IMG/VR virus record: IMGVR_UViG_3300025424_000012
Coordinates: 1 to 56,242 of that record
Reading direction: 5' to 3' (one strand)
Origin: a virus
Taxonomy: Duplodnaviria; Caudoviricetes
Length of the DNA stretch: 56,242 nucleotides
Position 1 is the first letter of the stretch, and every line of letters starts with the position of its first letter. A model generated the notes under the pieces. It worked only from the letters and a program-made list of their open reading frames with translations. It ran no database searches and was not told where the DNA came from. Of this stretch, positions 1 to 8,080 are shown piece by piece. The translations under genes and the position numbers were made by a program.

Positions 1-37
1 TCGTGCCGGAGTCGGCAGCGCAGTCCTGAAATAGCCG

Positions 38-94
38 TGGTGCCCGGGGCCGGAATCGAACCGGCACGCCTTGCGGCGGGGGATTTTGAGTCCC
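38..94 (-). repeat. att core, left copy (displaced 3' part of tRNA-Leu)
   Basis: TGGTGCCCGGGGCC...TTTTGAGTCCC, identical to 55596-55652 over 57 bp. Confidence 0.97.
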
Positions 95-132
95 ACGGCG
101 AAACAAGCACTGGCGCGGGTTTCCGGGCGATT

Positions 133-197
133 ATTGGCGCATCGGATTGGCTGCAAGGGGTTTGAATCTCCCTCTAATCAGCGCCGGATGCGCCTAT
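133..197. promoter_or_regulatory. Putative integrase arm-type binding sites (left arm)
   Basis: ATTGGCGCATC (133-143, inverted) and GATGCGCCTAT (187-197) match the three tandem copies at 55535-55567. Confidence 0.6.
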
Positions 198-448
198 GGC
201 TTGGTTTCCACAAAGCTGCTCAACTTGCGTAACCACTTTAGAGAATCGTCATTGGCCTTGATGGCGCGCCACACGCGTCCGTTTTCGTGCATGGAGCCTA
301 TTTCAACTTCAATTCTTCTCATCCCCATTGCCGGCCCCCAGGGCTCTACAGTGTCGTACGCTGGAATTGTCAAACGGTCTTCTTTTGGCATGGAAATGTT
401 GAGGTGGCCCATCAGCTTGCCGGTGTCGTGCCAGCGAATTTCAATCAT
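194..448 (-). CDS. Hypothetical protein
   Basis: 84-aa ORF whose start overlaps the integrase stop (ATGA). Confidence 0.65.
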   Translation of the reverse strand: MIEIRWHDTGKLMGHLNISMPKEDRLTIPAYDTVEPWGPAMGMRRIEVEIGSMHENGRVWRAIKANDDSLKWLRKLSSFVETKP

Positions 449-1452
449 CGTACAGCCTTCAGTTTCACCGGCTTGGTCCGGTAGTGGGTATCCGTCAGTT
501 TCGTCGTGCTGTGTTGCAGCAGGGCAGAGGCTGCGGCCAGGTCATCGGCCAGGTTCGCGGCGCGCTTGCGCATGTCGCGGTTGTACATCGCCAGGATTTG
601 ATCTGCCAGATGGGGATTGGCCTTCGCGGCCTTGGCCCGAGCATCGTCCCAGCGGTCGGTAAGCATGCGCTCGGACACCTGCCGGCCGGTATCGGTAGTC
701 AGGAACATGACGCTGTACGCCTTCATGGCAAGCCTGCGCTCCAACAGGGCCGACAGTACGGGGCTTTGGGATACCTCGAATTCGGCCCATTTTGCCGTCT
801 TCCCAGCCTTGAATCGCATTACCCCTGCCACGGGTAGCCGGATGGTGCGAACGTCGCTTACACGCATGCCGGTGGCCGTAGCCAGATCCATGCTGTCGCG
901 CAGGATTCTGTCAGCCTGGGCGTAGACGGCGGCAAACAATTCGTCGGTGACTTCGACCACCCTGGGCTGCTCCTTGTTCTTCCAGTCCTTCACGCCAGCA
1001 GCGGGCCAGGGCAGGGCGGTCATGCCCCAAAGCCTGGCCTTGCTCCAGACAATGGACAGCACCGACATTTCCCGGTTGCCCTGCGTCTTGGCGCTGCGCT
1101 TGTCCAAGTAGGCCCGCAACAGGGGCAGCGTGATCTCGTGCCAAGCCATGCCGCCGCACCAAGCTTCGACCTGGGCCAGTTGCTTTGCGTAGCTGCGCCT
1201 GGTCTCCGGGTTTTCGTACTTGGGCAGCTCGCGCTCGCGCCAGCGCTCGATAGCCTCGCGCACGGTGCCCACGGTCAGGGGCTGATGGTTGTGCAGCTTG
1301 TCCCACTGGGCGATGGCCTGGGCGTAGTCCCGGCCCAGCCGTACATCGGGCTTCCCCGTGCCGCGCATGTCATAGACGTAGTACACCCAGCGCTGACCGT
1401 TGGCGCCCTTGTAGACCTTCGTGCGAAGGCGGGGATACTTCGACCTTTTCAT
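445..1452 (-). CDS. int: Tyrosine recombinase (phage integrase)
   Basis: TGMRVSDV (R), RDMR, LLQH and THY catalytic-type motifs; adjacent to att. Confidence 0.95.
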   Translation of the reverse strand: MKRSKYPRLRTKVYKGANGQRWVYYVYDMRGTGKPDVRLGRDYAQAIAQWDKLHNHQPLTVGTVREAIERWRERELPKYENPETRRSYAKQLAQVEAWCGGMAWHEITLPLLRAYLDKRSAKTQGNREMSVLSIVWSKARLWGMTALPWPAAGVKDWKNKEQPRVVEVTDELFAAVYAQADRILRDSMDLATATGMRVSDVRTIRLPVAGVMRFKAGKTAKWAEFEVSQSPVLSALLERRLAMKAYSVMFLTTDTGRQVSERMLTDRWDDARAKAAKANPHLADQILAMYNRDMRKRAANLADDLAAASALLQHSTTKLTDTHYRTKPVKLKAVR

Positions 1453-1661
1453 TTGACGCTGGCCCAGTTCGGGCCTTTGGATATTACGGCCTGTTCACCT
1501 TCAAGCCAAGCCCTGACCTGCACGCGCGACACGATCACGCGCTTTCCGTCCGGGCGGTGCGGTACTCCTTTGCCAACAAGCCACTCGATCTGCGCCGCTG
1601 CTCGGGCAAACCCGGTCAGTTGGTGCAGTTCGGCGGGGCTTAGGAATTCGGATTCAGGCAT
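1449..1661 (-). CDS. Excisionase-like DNA-binding protein (DUF4224-like)
   Basis: FLSPAELHQLTG...Q..WL...PNW pattern; overlaps int start. Confidence 0.8.
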   Translation of the reverse strand: MPESEFLSPAELHQLTGFARAAAQIEWLVGKGVPHRPDGKRVIVSRVQVRAWLEGEQAVISKGPNWASVK

Positions 1662-1667
1662 GACGGG

Positions 1668-2258
1668 TCACTTCATAGCCTCCAGTGCCCCGGCTTCTTT
1701 ATGTTTCTCAACCCATGCATCAAGGGATCGTTTGACATAGGCCGCAACATGCTTCTCGCGTTCGTAAAGAGATACGTGGGTTGTATCTACACCGGCATCC
1801 CGCGCTACTGCCGCCTGGGTCATACCAAACGCATTGCGCAAAGTCAACAGCGTTTGAGTCTTGGAAAACTCAGGATGCTCCGTGTGCATATGGTTCATCA
1901 GGTTGGTAAAAGTGCGGTTGCAGCATGGGCACACACCATTCATCACGCGAACGCGCATCTTTTGGTGCGCTTTAGCAATTTGCTGGCGCTCGGCTTCTGC
2001 TGTGTTTGCCCTGGCTTGGGCAGACTCAAGTATTTGCCGCTGGCGCTCCAGCATTTGTCGTTGGCTTTCTAGTTCCTTCTTAAGTTTTTCTTTTTCGCTT
2101 GGCCCAGTGTAGTGTTGTGCATGGCCTGACGGACAATAGAAACTTAGGTGATCTTCTATTCGACGATCCCGAAGTTCAATTGGCATGGCAAATTTAATGT
2201 GGCACTTGCAACACGTTTCAATTTCAAACCAAGTGTTATCTGCAAAATGTGATCCCAT
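1668..2258 (-). CDS. Zn-finger / coiled-coil / XRE-HTH protein
   Basis: CCKC..CPSGH, coiled coil, CPCC-x8-H-x4-H, C-terminal LRNAFGMTQAAVA...VSLYE HTH. Confidence 0.75.
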   Translation of the reverse strand: MGSHFADNTWFEIETCCKCHIKFAMPIELRDRRIEDHLSFYCPSGHAQHYTGPSEKEKLKKELESQRQMLERQRQILESAQARANTAEAERQQIAKAHQKMRVRVMNGVCPCCNRTFTNLMNHMHTEHPEFSKTQTLLTLRNAFGMTQAAVARDAGVDTTHVSLYEREKHVAAYVKRSLDAWVEKHKEAGALEAMK

Positions 2259-2349
2259 GATTAAATCCCCGCCTTTTTCAAATACCCCTTCGGGTCGGAT
2301 GCGATTACGCAGGCCAGGTTTTCAGGCAGTGCGTTGTATTCGTCTTTGG

Positions 2350-2655
2350 TCACTTTGATTGCTCCTTAATGGCTGCTCGTGCAGCGTCAATGTCAACTGG
2401 CGCGCCGCGTTCGTTCGTAATCGGCCAGCGAATACTTCCGATTTGCCGATGGTCTTCAAGTCTGCTTTTCAACTGTGCGACCTCGGCCTCAAGCTGTGCA
2501 ACCCGCTCCTGCTGGTGGATGGCGGCTGCTCGGTAGCCAGCCCACCTGTCTGCAATTGACGGAAAAACGTATTCGCCATTCGTTGATTTTTTGCGACAGA
2601 AACCAAGGCCGACATCAGCCTCAAACTCAGCGCGAAGTGTTTCAAGGTCGGTCAT
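2350..2655 (-). CDS. Hypothetical phage protein
   Basis: MTDLETLRAEFEA...W.GY.AA pattern typical of early mosaic genes. Confidence 0.7.
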   Translation of the reverse strand: MTDLETLRAEFEADVGLGFCRKKSTNGEYVFPSIADRWAGYRAAAIHQQERVAQLEAEVAQLKSRLEDHRQIGSIRWPITNERGAPVDIDAARAAIKEQSK

Positions 2656-2866
2656 GGTGTGGCCTTTCGTGCATCTGCCAAATCGCATAGAGGGTCAATA
2701 ACGTCTGGGCCAAGGCTCAGCCAATCATTTGCCGGAACCTCGTACACGTAGCCAGCCGGGTGCCCTGCGCGATCAGCAGACCGTTTATGTGTCTGCCCAC
2801 AAACAAAGCCCGCTCTGTCCGGCAGTGAATGCGGTAATATCCCGTAGGTAGTTGCTCTGCTGTCAT
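2652..2866 (-). pseudogene. Small hypothetical gene with apparent 1-bp frameshift
   Basis: Both ends have ATGA overlaps with neighbours but the span is 215 nt; N-part MTAEQLPTG... and C-part ...ADARKATP are in different frames. Confidence 0.45.
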
Positions 2867-2933
2867 GGTGTAAGCACTCCTGTTCCGTTGCCGCCGTCTG
2901 TAATCCACCGCTCAAACTCAGCGCGAAGGTCGG

Positions 2934-3179
2934 TCAACATGGCACAAACCTCCCATCAGTCAAATAGCCATGCCAACCGCAGCAACGCTGCCCAAGCGAC
3001 GGAGTTAGCGACGGCGCTGTCTCGGACCCGTTCCAGGCCCAACCATTCACAGGGTCAATAGGCACCCAGCAATCCCCGCCGCAGCCGGGGCAGTCAAACG
3101 CGACGCCGACAGCAACCCCATCGGGGTAATGGCGAATGTGCCAGCCGTGCGGCCTTGGCTCTTTTTCTTGGTCGGTCAT
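2934..3179 (-). CDS. DUF6527-like Cys/His protein
   Basis: CPGCG...WAWNGS..APSLTPS...CGWHGYLTDG motif. Confidence 0.7.
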   Translation of the reverse strand: MTDQEKEPRPHGWHIRHYPDGVAVGVAFDCPGCGGDCWVPIDPVNGWAWNGSETAPSLTPSLGQRCCGWHGYLTDGRFVPC

Positions 3180-4003
3180 GGCTTGCTGCTCCCCTGGTCG
3201 GCTAGCTGTGCTGGCGGCTCCGGTGCTGCCTGTGGCGGCGTGTACTTTGGGTCGATCAACATCTCGGAAACCCAACGCTGCACGTTTTCTTCGCTGACCT
3301 CTTGCCCTTCGCAATGGTCGATCAAATACGCTGGCAGGTTGGCCCATTCAATCCGCTTTCTGATGACAGGCTCGCCCATCAATGTAGGCCCCTCAATCTC
3401 AGACCTGAGCGCTGCCGATAGGTGCCGCACAGTTTCTTCGGCTTCCAATGCGCGGGCTTTCCAGTCGTTAGCGCCCTGCGCTTTCCTGACTGCTTGAGTT
3501 TCCAGATAGCGCTTCTGCCAACCCACAGCAAAATCATTCCACTCGGGCGGCTCCGGTGCTGCCTGTGCTGTGTGCGGGTAGAGATCAGGGTAAAGCAGAG
3601 CGGCCCGGACTTTCATGTGATTGATAGCGCCACCGTCCGTGCGGTAGGTGTCAGGGTCAAGGCCCCACTTCTTCAAAAGCTCGTCCGCTTCATTCAGCTC
3701 AGCATCGGCAGGATTGAGGGCTTCTATGGCTCGGGCGAAAGCTCGCAACCGGCTCATATTCGGGCTGCTGAAACCATCTGGAAAGCGCAAGGCGATAGCC
3801 TCATCAATCTCTGCATCCGTCAGCCGAGGCACGCTGGCTAGGGCTGCGTCCCATGCTTGGCGCATCAACTGGCGGACAAGGCTTTCTTGGTAGGCCCTTT
3901 CCATCGATGTGGTGTATGGCCCCATCGCTGCCGTTGCATTGGGCGCAGGGTTCATCCGCAAGCCAGTTTCTGGCAGCGGTATCAGGTCTGCTGGGTGGCT
4001 CAT
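3176..4003 (-). CDS. Mosaic early phage protein
   Basis: 275-aa ORF coupled at both ends; internal QAAPEPP repeat. Confidence 0.75.
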   Translation of the reverse strand: MSHPADLIPLPETGLRMNPAPNATAAMGPYTTSMERAYQESLVRQLMRQAWDAALASVPRLTDAEIDEAIALRFPDGFSSPNMSRLRAFARAIEALNPADAELNEADELLKKWGLDPDTYRTDGGAINHMKVRAALLYPDLYPHTAQAAPEPPEWNDFAVGWQKRYLETQAVRKAQGANDWKARALEAEETVRHLSAALRSEIEGPTLMGEPVIRKRIEWANLPAYLIDHCEGQEVSEENVQRWVSEMLIDPKYTPPQAAPEPPAQLADQGSSKP

Positions 4004-4242
4004 TGGTTCCTCGCTTTCAGCATTTCATCTGCGGCCGCGTATGCGGCTATTGCGGCGTAATTGCCAATCCATTCTTCTGGGAAGTTTGGTGAGGCAATAA
4101 ATGCCGCAAAAGCATGCGCCGCAAAGTAGTCCCTGAGAGACATACCTTGCTGGATGCCATAAACCTCAGCAGTCACCCATTCGCCGCTTGCGGTCTGAAT
4201 AACTTGAGGGGGAAACGCTGGCCCTCCGGTTTTGTCTGTCAT
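4000..4242 (-). CDS. Conserved small phage protein (GGPAFP...GMSLRDYFAA family)
   Basis: GGPAFP, GMSLRDYFAA and AY..AD.ML.AR motifs. Confidence 0.85.
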   Translation of the reverse strand: MTDKTGGPAFPPQVIQTASGEWVTAEVYGIQQGMSLRDYFAAHAFAAFIASPNFPEEWIGNYAAIAAYAAADEMLKARNQ

Positions 4243-4336
4243 GCTGTCCTCCAGTAAGTTGCTGCCGGGCCATCCGGCTGGGTTGGTTTGTGTGCGCGAT
4301 AGCGCTTTCCGTTGACGATGGGGAAGGGCCAGCAGG

Positions 4337-4591
4337 TCATGACGTGGCCCCAAAAATTGATGCCATCAAAATCCGAATCAGCCCGTACCTCGAATGCTCG
4401 CGTTTTTCCTGCTCGCGCCGTACCCACTTTTTGAATAAGCGGTGCGACAGCGTTCCCTTCAATCGAATAAGTTTCCGGTCACACTTTCTCGCGCATGAAC
4501 TGCAAACCATTTTGAATGCTCCGGTTTGCAAGTGTGGAACCACTGTCTCAAGGCTCGTAGCGGATTTGCCGCAGAGGTCACAGGCCATCAC
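4337..4591 (-). CDS. Small Zn-ribbon-like hypothetical protein
   Basis: CDLC and CSSC motifs; coupled to the upstream gene. Confidence 0.55.
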   Translation of the reverse strand: MMACDLCGKSATSLETVVPHLQTGAFKMVCSSCARKCDRKLIRLKGTLSHRLFKKWVRREQEKREHSRYGLIRILMASIFGATS

Positions 4592-5583
4592 GCACCCCCT
4601 TTCTCTGTTGCGGCAATGGCAGCGTCAATTTCTGCCATCGCTTCGTGGTCGGCTTCGCTTACTCCTGTGGGGTAGGCGTCTTGATACCAAGCAAGGCCAT
4701 TGCGCGCCAATTTCAGCGCCTCCAGCAGTTGCGCATTGACCGCCGCATGCGGGGATGTGCAAGCGTTGCCATGTACAAGGTCGCGCACTTCGCCAGCTAA
4801 CTCGCGGAGCGTGTTGTAGTAATCTTCTTTTGCCTCGCTGCGGAACTCCCAAGTTCCGGTGTCTGGATCTTGTCTAGAGTAGTCGGTAGCAAAGTCATCA
4901 GCTTTCTTGTCCAGCATGGCTGCCGCAGCATTTACGCCATTGGTAAATTCGTCCACCGCCTCCCCTGCCGCTGCTTGCGCCGACCCCGTAGCCAAGACTG
5001 AATCCGGCCCACACGTTGCCACCTGCGCCGCATCAATCGGGTCATACGACTGCGTAAAGGCTGGCGGGTTCGGGTCGCCTTCAATCTGTTTCCTTGGCGC
5101 TGCCGCTGCTTGCTGTACTGGGGGTGCTGGTAGTGGCATCCAGTGGGTCGGGTTTGGAATCATCCCGCCGCCACAATCAAGCCAGTCGTCAAAACCATCG
5201 TGTTCTTGCTGGTCAACGTAAACGCCGGCAACGTCTCTTTTTTCTCGGACGTATGGTTCTTCATGCTCCCACCATCCCTGCGCCACCGTTGCGCCGTTTG
5301 TCAAGATGATGTGCGTCCCATCCCTCGGCGCACTCTCAATCGGCCTCCACTGCGGCTGCCCTTCCAGGGCTTCGAGTGCGTCTGCGGCTTTGTTCAAGCA
5401 ATGACCAGCTTCGCAGCCGGTACTGATGCGCGCGCCCTTCCAGGACGACCCAATTTCAAACGCTTTCTTAAACCCAAGCCACAGATCGCAAAAGCCAATG
5501 CCGTAGGCATCGCCGCAGCGCCAGTTTTCAGAGCCGGGGAATGCGGCCTGAAAGCGTTGATGGATTGATTCAGGTGTAATCAT
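4588..5583 (-). CDS. Modular protein with DUF551-like domain
   Basis: WRPIESAPRDGT...PTHWMPLPAPP; C-terminal LLEALK...AAIA module. Confidence 0.8.
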   Translation of the reverse strand: MITPESIHQRFQAAFPGSENWRCGDAYGIGFCDLWLGFKKAFEIGSSWKGARISTGCEAGHCLNKAADALEALEGQPQWRPIESAPRDGTHIILTNGATVAQGWWEHEEPYVREKRDVAGVYVDQQEHDGFDDWLDCGGGMIPNPTHWMPLPAPPVQQAAAAPRKQIEGDPNPPAFTQSYDPIDAAQVATCGPDSVLATGSAQAAAGEAVDEFTNGVNAAAAMLDKKADDFATDYSRQDPDTGTWEFRSEAKEDYYNTLRELAGEVRDLVHGNACTSPHAAVNAQLLEALKLARNGLAWYQDAYPTGVSEADHEAMAEIDAAIAATEKGGA

Positions 5584-6203
5584 TTAATCCTCCTAAATTC
5601 AACAACCCAAACCCAAGGGTTTGCATCCCATGAACCGGCGCCGTTGATGGATTCCCATAGCTCTGCATACTCAAATCGAGCAAAGTCGTTAGGAGCCCAA
5701 TTGCGCGGATGTTTCCCTGAAAACTGGCTCGGACTAACTTTGCCCGTGATGCGCAATAGCGGGGTGCCAGAATGGCTGCACGGGATGCGGACGCCCTCAG
5801 CAAACGCATCGGCCCCGCTGATGTCCTGCAGGCGCTCGACGCGCACGCCGGGAATCTCCAGCGTGATGCGGCTGGCCCAGCGTGGCATGAATATGCCGGG
5901 GCGCAGCTTGCCAGCATTGAAGTGGGGCAGAGAACCGGCACCGTCTGCTTGGTAAACAATCGGCGAGCCGACTGGAATTTCACGGGGCGGCGTCAGTTCG
6001 TAGGCCAGCGACGAGCGCCACGCCTCCCGCACCCAAAGCTGATCGCCGGGCTGACCGTAGGGGCACTTTGTTTGTCCCGGCACATAGGCCACACGCACGC
6101 CCGGTGGCGGCTGATCGCGCCATGCCCGCCGCGTATGCGTCTTGCTGTCATCCAGCAAAGCCCGCACCATCGGGCCGTTGTAAAGAATGGGCCGGGACTT
6201 CAT
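5580..6203 (-). CDS. ASCH/PUA-like phage protein
   Basis: RPILYNGPMVRALL..KT.TRR, PGDQLWVRE, MPRWASRI, NPWVWVVEF. Confidence 0.85.
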   Translation of the reverse strand: MKSRPILYNGPMVRALLDDSKTHTRRAWRDQPPPGVRVAYVPGQTKCPYGQPGDQLWVREAWRSSLAYELTPPREIPVGSPIVYQADGAGSLPHFNAGKLRPGIFMPRWASRITLEIPGVRVERLQDISGADAFAEGVRIPCSHSGTPLLRITGKVSPSQFSGKHPRNWAPNDFARFEYAELWESINGAGSWDANPWVWVVEFRRIK

Positions 6204-8080
6204 GCTGCCATCCTTTCCGCAAACTGCTCGCTGTAATTGGCAGCCACATAGGCGCGGGCCATCGGGGGACACACAGAATTTCCGACCATACGCACTTGGG
6301 CAGTTTTGGTCAGCGCGCGCCCGTCTCCGCCTCGCTCAATCTGGTACGTATCTGGAAAACCTTGTGCCCGGTAGAGCTCGCGTGGCGTGAGCATGCGCAG
6401 GCCAATGTCCACAATCGCGTAGTCCTGGCCCTTGATAGTGACCAAGCCAAAGCGGTCCTTGGTCGTGATGGTGTGCAGCGGCTCTCGTAGCTGCGGGTCT
6501 TGGTCGGTGCCGTAGTATTTCACCAAGAAGGCGCGGACCTCGGCATGGTGGGTGCCCTGGGCACTGATGGTTGCCAGGGGTGAGTCTGTGGGCTGGCCCA
6601 CGTTGTCGCCGCGCAGCTTGATAAGGTTGCTGGTGACAACTGCAGCCGGCATGCCGTTGGCGGTAACCGTGTTGAGCGGTTGCGCAACATCCCGGATGCC
6701 ATGGCTGAATCGCTTGGTGCCATCTTTGCCTTCGCCGTGGCCCATGTGCACCAGATGCGCCGCCACCATCGCGTGCCGGTTCTCGGTCACGGTTGTTTTC
6801 AGCGGTGCCGTGGCCGGGCTGTGGCCACCCTGGCTGCTCTGGTTGTCGATGGTGACCATGTGGGCAGTGATCAGCCCGTGCCGGTTCTCGGTGGTCTGTG
6901 TCTTGACAGGATCGCGCACGTCGCTGGCGCGCACATCAGATGGCCTCTTGTCCGAGTGGTAGTGCACCAATGCGGCAGTCACCAAGCTGTTGTGATCCAC
7001 GCTTGTGACGGTTGCCAGCGGGTCAGCCATGTCACTTCCCACCACGCCGCCGTAGTGCTTGGCAATGAACGCCGTTACCAGGGCATGCTTTTCCGTGCCA
7101 ACCAGGGTGCCAATGGGCTTTTCCAATCCGGGCACGCGCGGTGCCTGGCCTTGGCGCTCTCCGTAGCCGGTCTGGATAAGCGTCGGTACAACCAGGGCGC
7201 GGTGATTCTCGACCGTAACCGTGCCAAATGGCTTTGTCGTTGGCGCTGGCTTGCCTGCATAGATGGGCCCACCTTGGCCCACGATAAACGGATCGGCCGC
7301 ATCGACCACATACCGCATGATGCCCTTGGCAATGCGCCTGCATGTGGCCTCGGCCAATGGCTTTGAGCGCTCAAAAATACTCGGGGCCGGGATGCTCCAG
7401 TCGATGCATTCCGCAGCCGTGCGCCACGGCTTCAGCTTCTTTTGTTTGACCGGCAGGCTGGCCGGCGCGCCGTGGGTCTGCTCGGGAAACACGATGGGCA
7501 AGCCGTCGCAGCGGGCCACCAGAAACAGACGTTTGCGAATGGTCGGGGTTCCGAAGTCGCTTGCCCGGTCTTCACGAAAATCGACCTTGTAGCCCAAGTT
7601 TTCCAGTGATTTTTTCCAGCGCTGAAAGGTGCGTCCTTTGCGCTGCGGGCATGGCCGGTCATCTGCACCCAGCGGGCCCCAGGTCTGGAATTCTTCGACG
7701 TTCTCCAGAAAGATGACGCGCGGCCGCACCAGCTTGGCCCACTTGACCACGACCCAAGCCAGCCCGCGAATCTTCTTGCTGACCGGCTTGCCGCCCTTGG
7801 CCTTACTGAAATGCTTGCAGTCCGGTGATGCCCAAAGCATCCCCACAGGCCTGCCTTCGACCACGGTAACGGGGTCAACTTCAAACACGTCCGAGACGTA
7901 ATGCAGGGTCTGGGGATGGTTGGCTTGATGAAGCGCCACGGCCTCGGGGTCATGGTTGATGGCAATGTCGACATGGCGGCCAATGGCCTGCTCGATTCCG
8001 GTTGAAGCGCCGCCACCGCCCGCGAACAGGTCAATTACGAGCTCATGGGCCAGGGGCAGGATGTACTGTGGTTTAAGCAT
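6200..8080 (-). CDS. C5 DNA cytosine methyltransferase
   Basis: DLFAGGGG (motif I), SPDC (IV), ENV (VI), RKRLF (VIII), GNSV (X). Confidence 0.93.
   Translation of the reverse strand: MLKPQYILPLAHELVIDLFAGGGGASTGIEQAIGRHVDIAINHDPEAVALHQANHPQTLHYVSDVFEVDPVTVVEGRPVGMLWASPDCKHFSKAKGGKPVSKKIRGLAWVVVKWAKLVRPRVIFLENVEEFQTWGPLGADDRPCPQRKGRTFQRWKKSLENLGYKVDFREDRASDFGTPTIRKRLFLVARCDGLPIVFPEQTHGAPASLPVKQKKLKPWRTAAECIDWSIPAPSIFERSKPLAEATCRRIAKGIMRYVVDAADPFIVGQGGPIYAGKPAPTTKPFGTVTVENHRALVVPTLIQTGYGERQGQAPRVPGLEKPIGTLVGTEKHALVTAFIAKHYGGVVGSDMADPLATVTSVDHNSLVTAALVHYHSDKRPSDVRASDVRDPVKTQTTENRHGLITAHMVTIDNQSSQGGHSPATAPLKTTVTENRHAMVAAHLVHMGHGEGKDGTKRFSHGIRDVAQPLNTVTANGMPAAVVTSNLIKLRGDNVGQPTDSPLATISAQGTHHAEVRAFLVKYYGTDQDPQLREPLHTITTKDRFGLVTIKGQDYAIVDIGLRMLTPRELYRAQGFPDTYQIERGGDGRALTKTAQVRMVGNSVCPPMARAYVAANYSEQFAERMAA

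Noticed and set aside
38-94. Second tRNA-Leu gene
   Set aside because: Only the 3' 57 nt; lacks the D-arm and 5' acceptor strand. It is the att duplicate.
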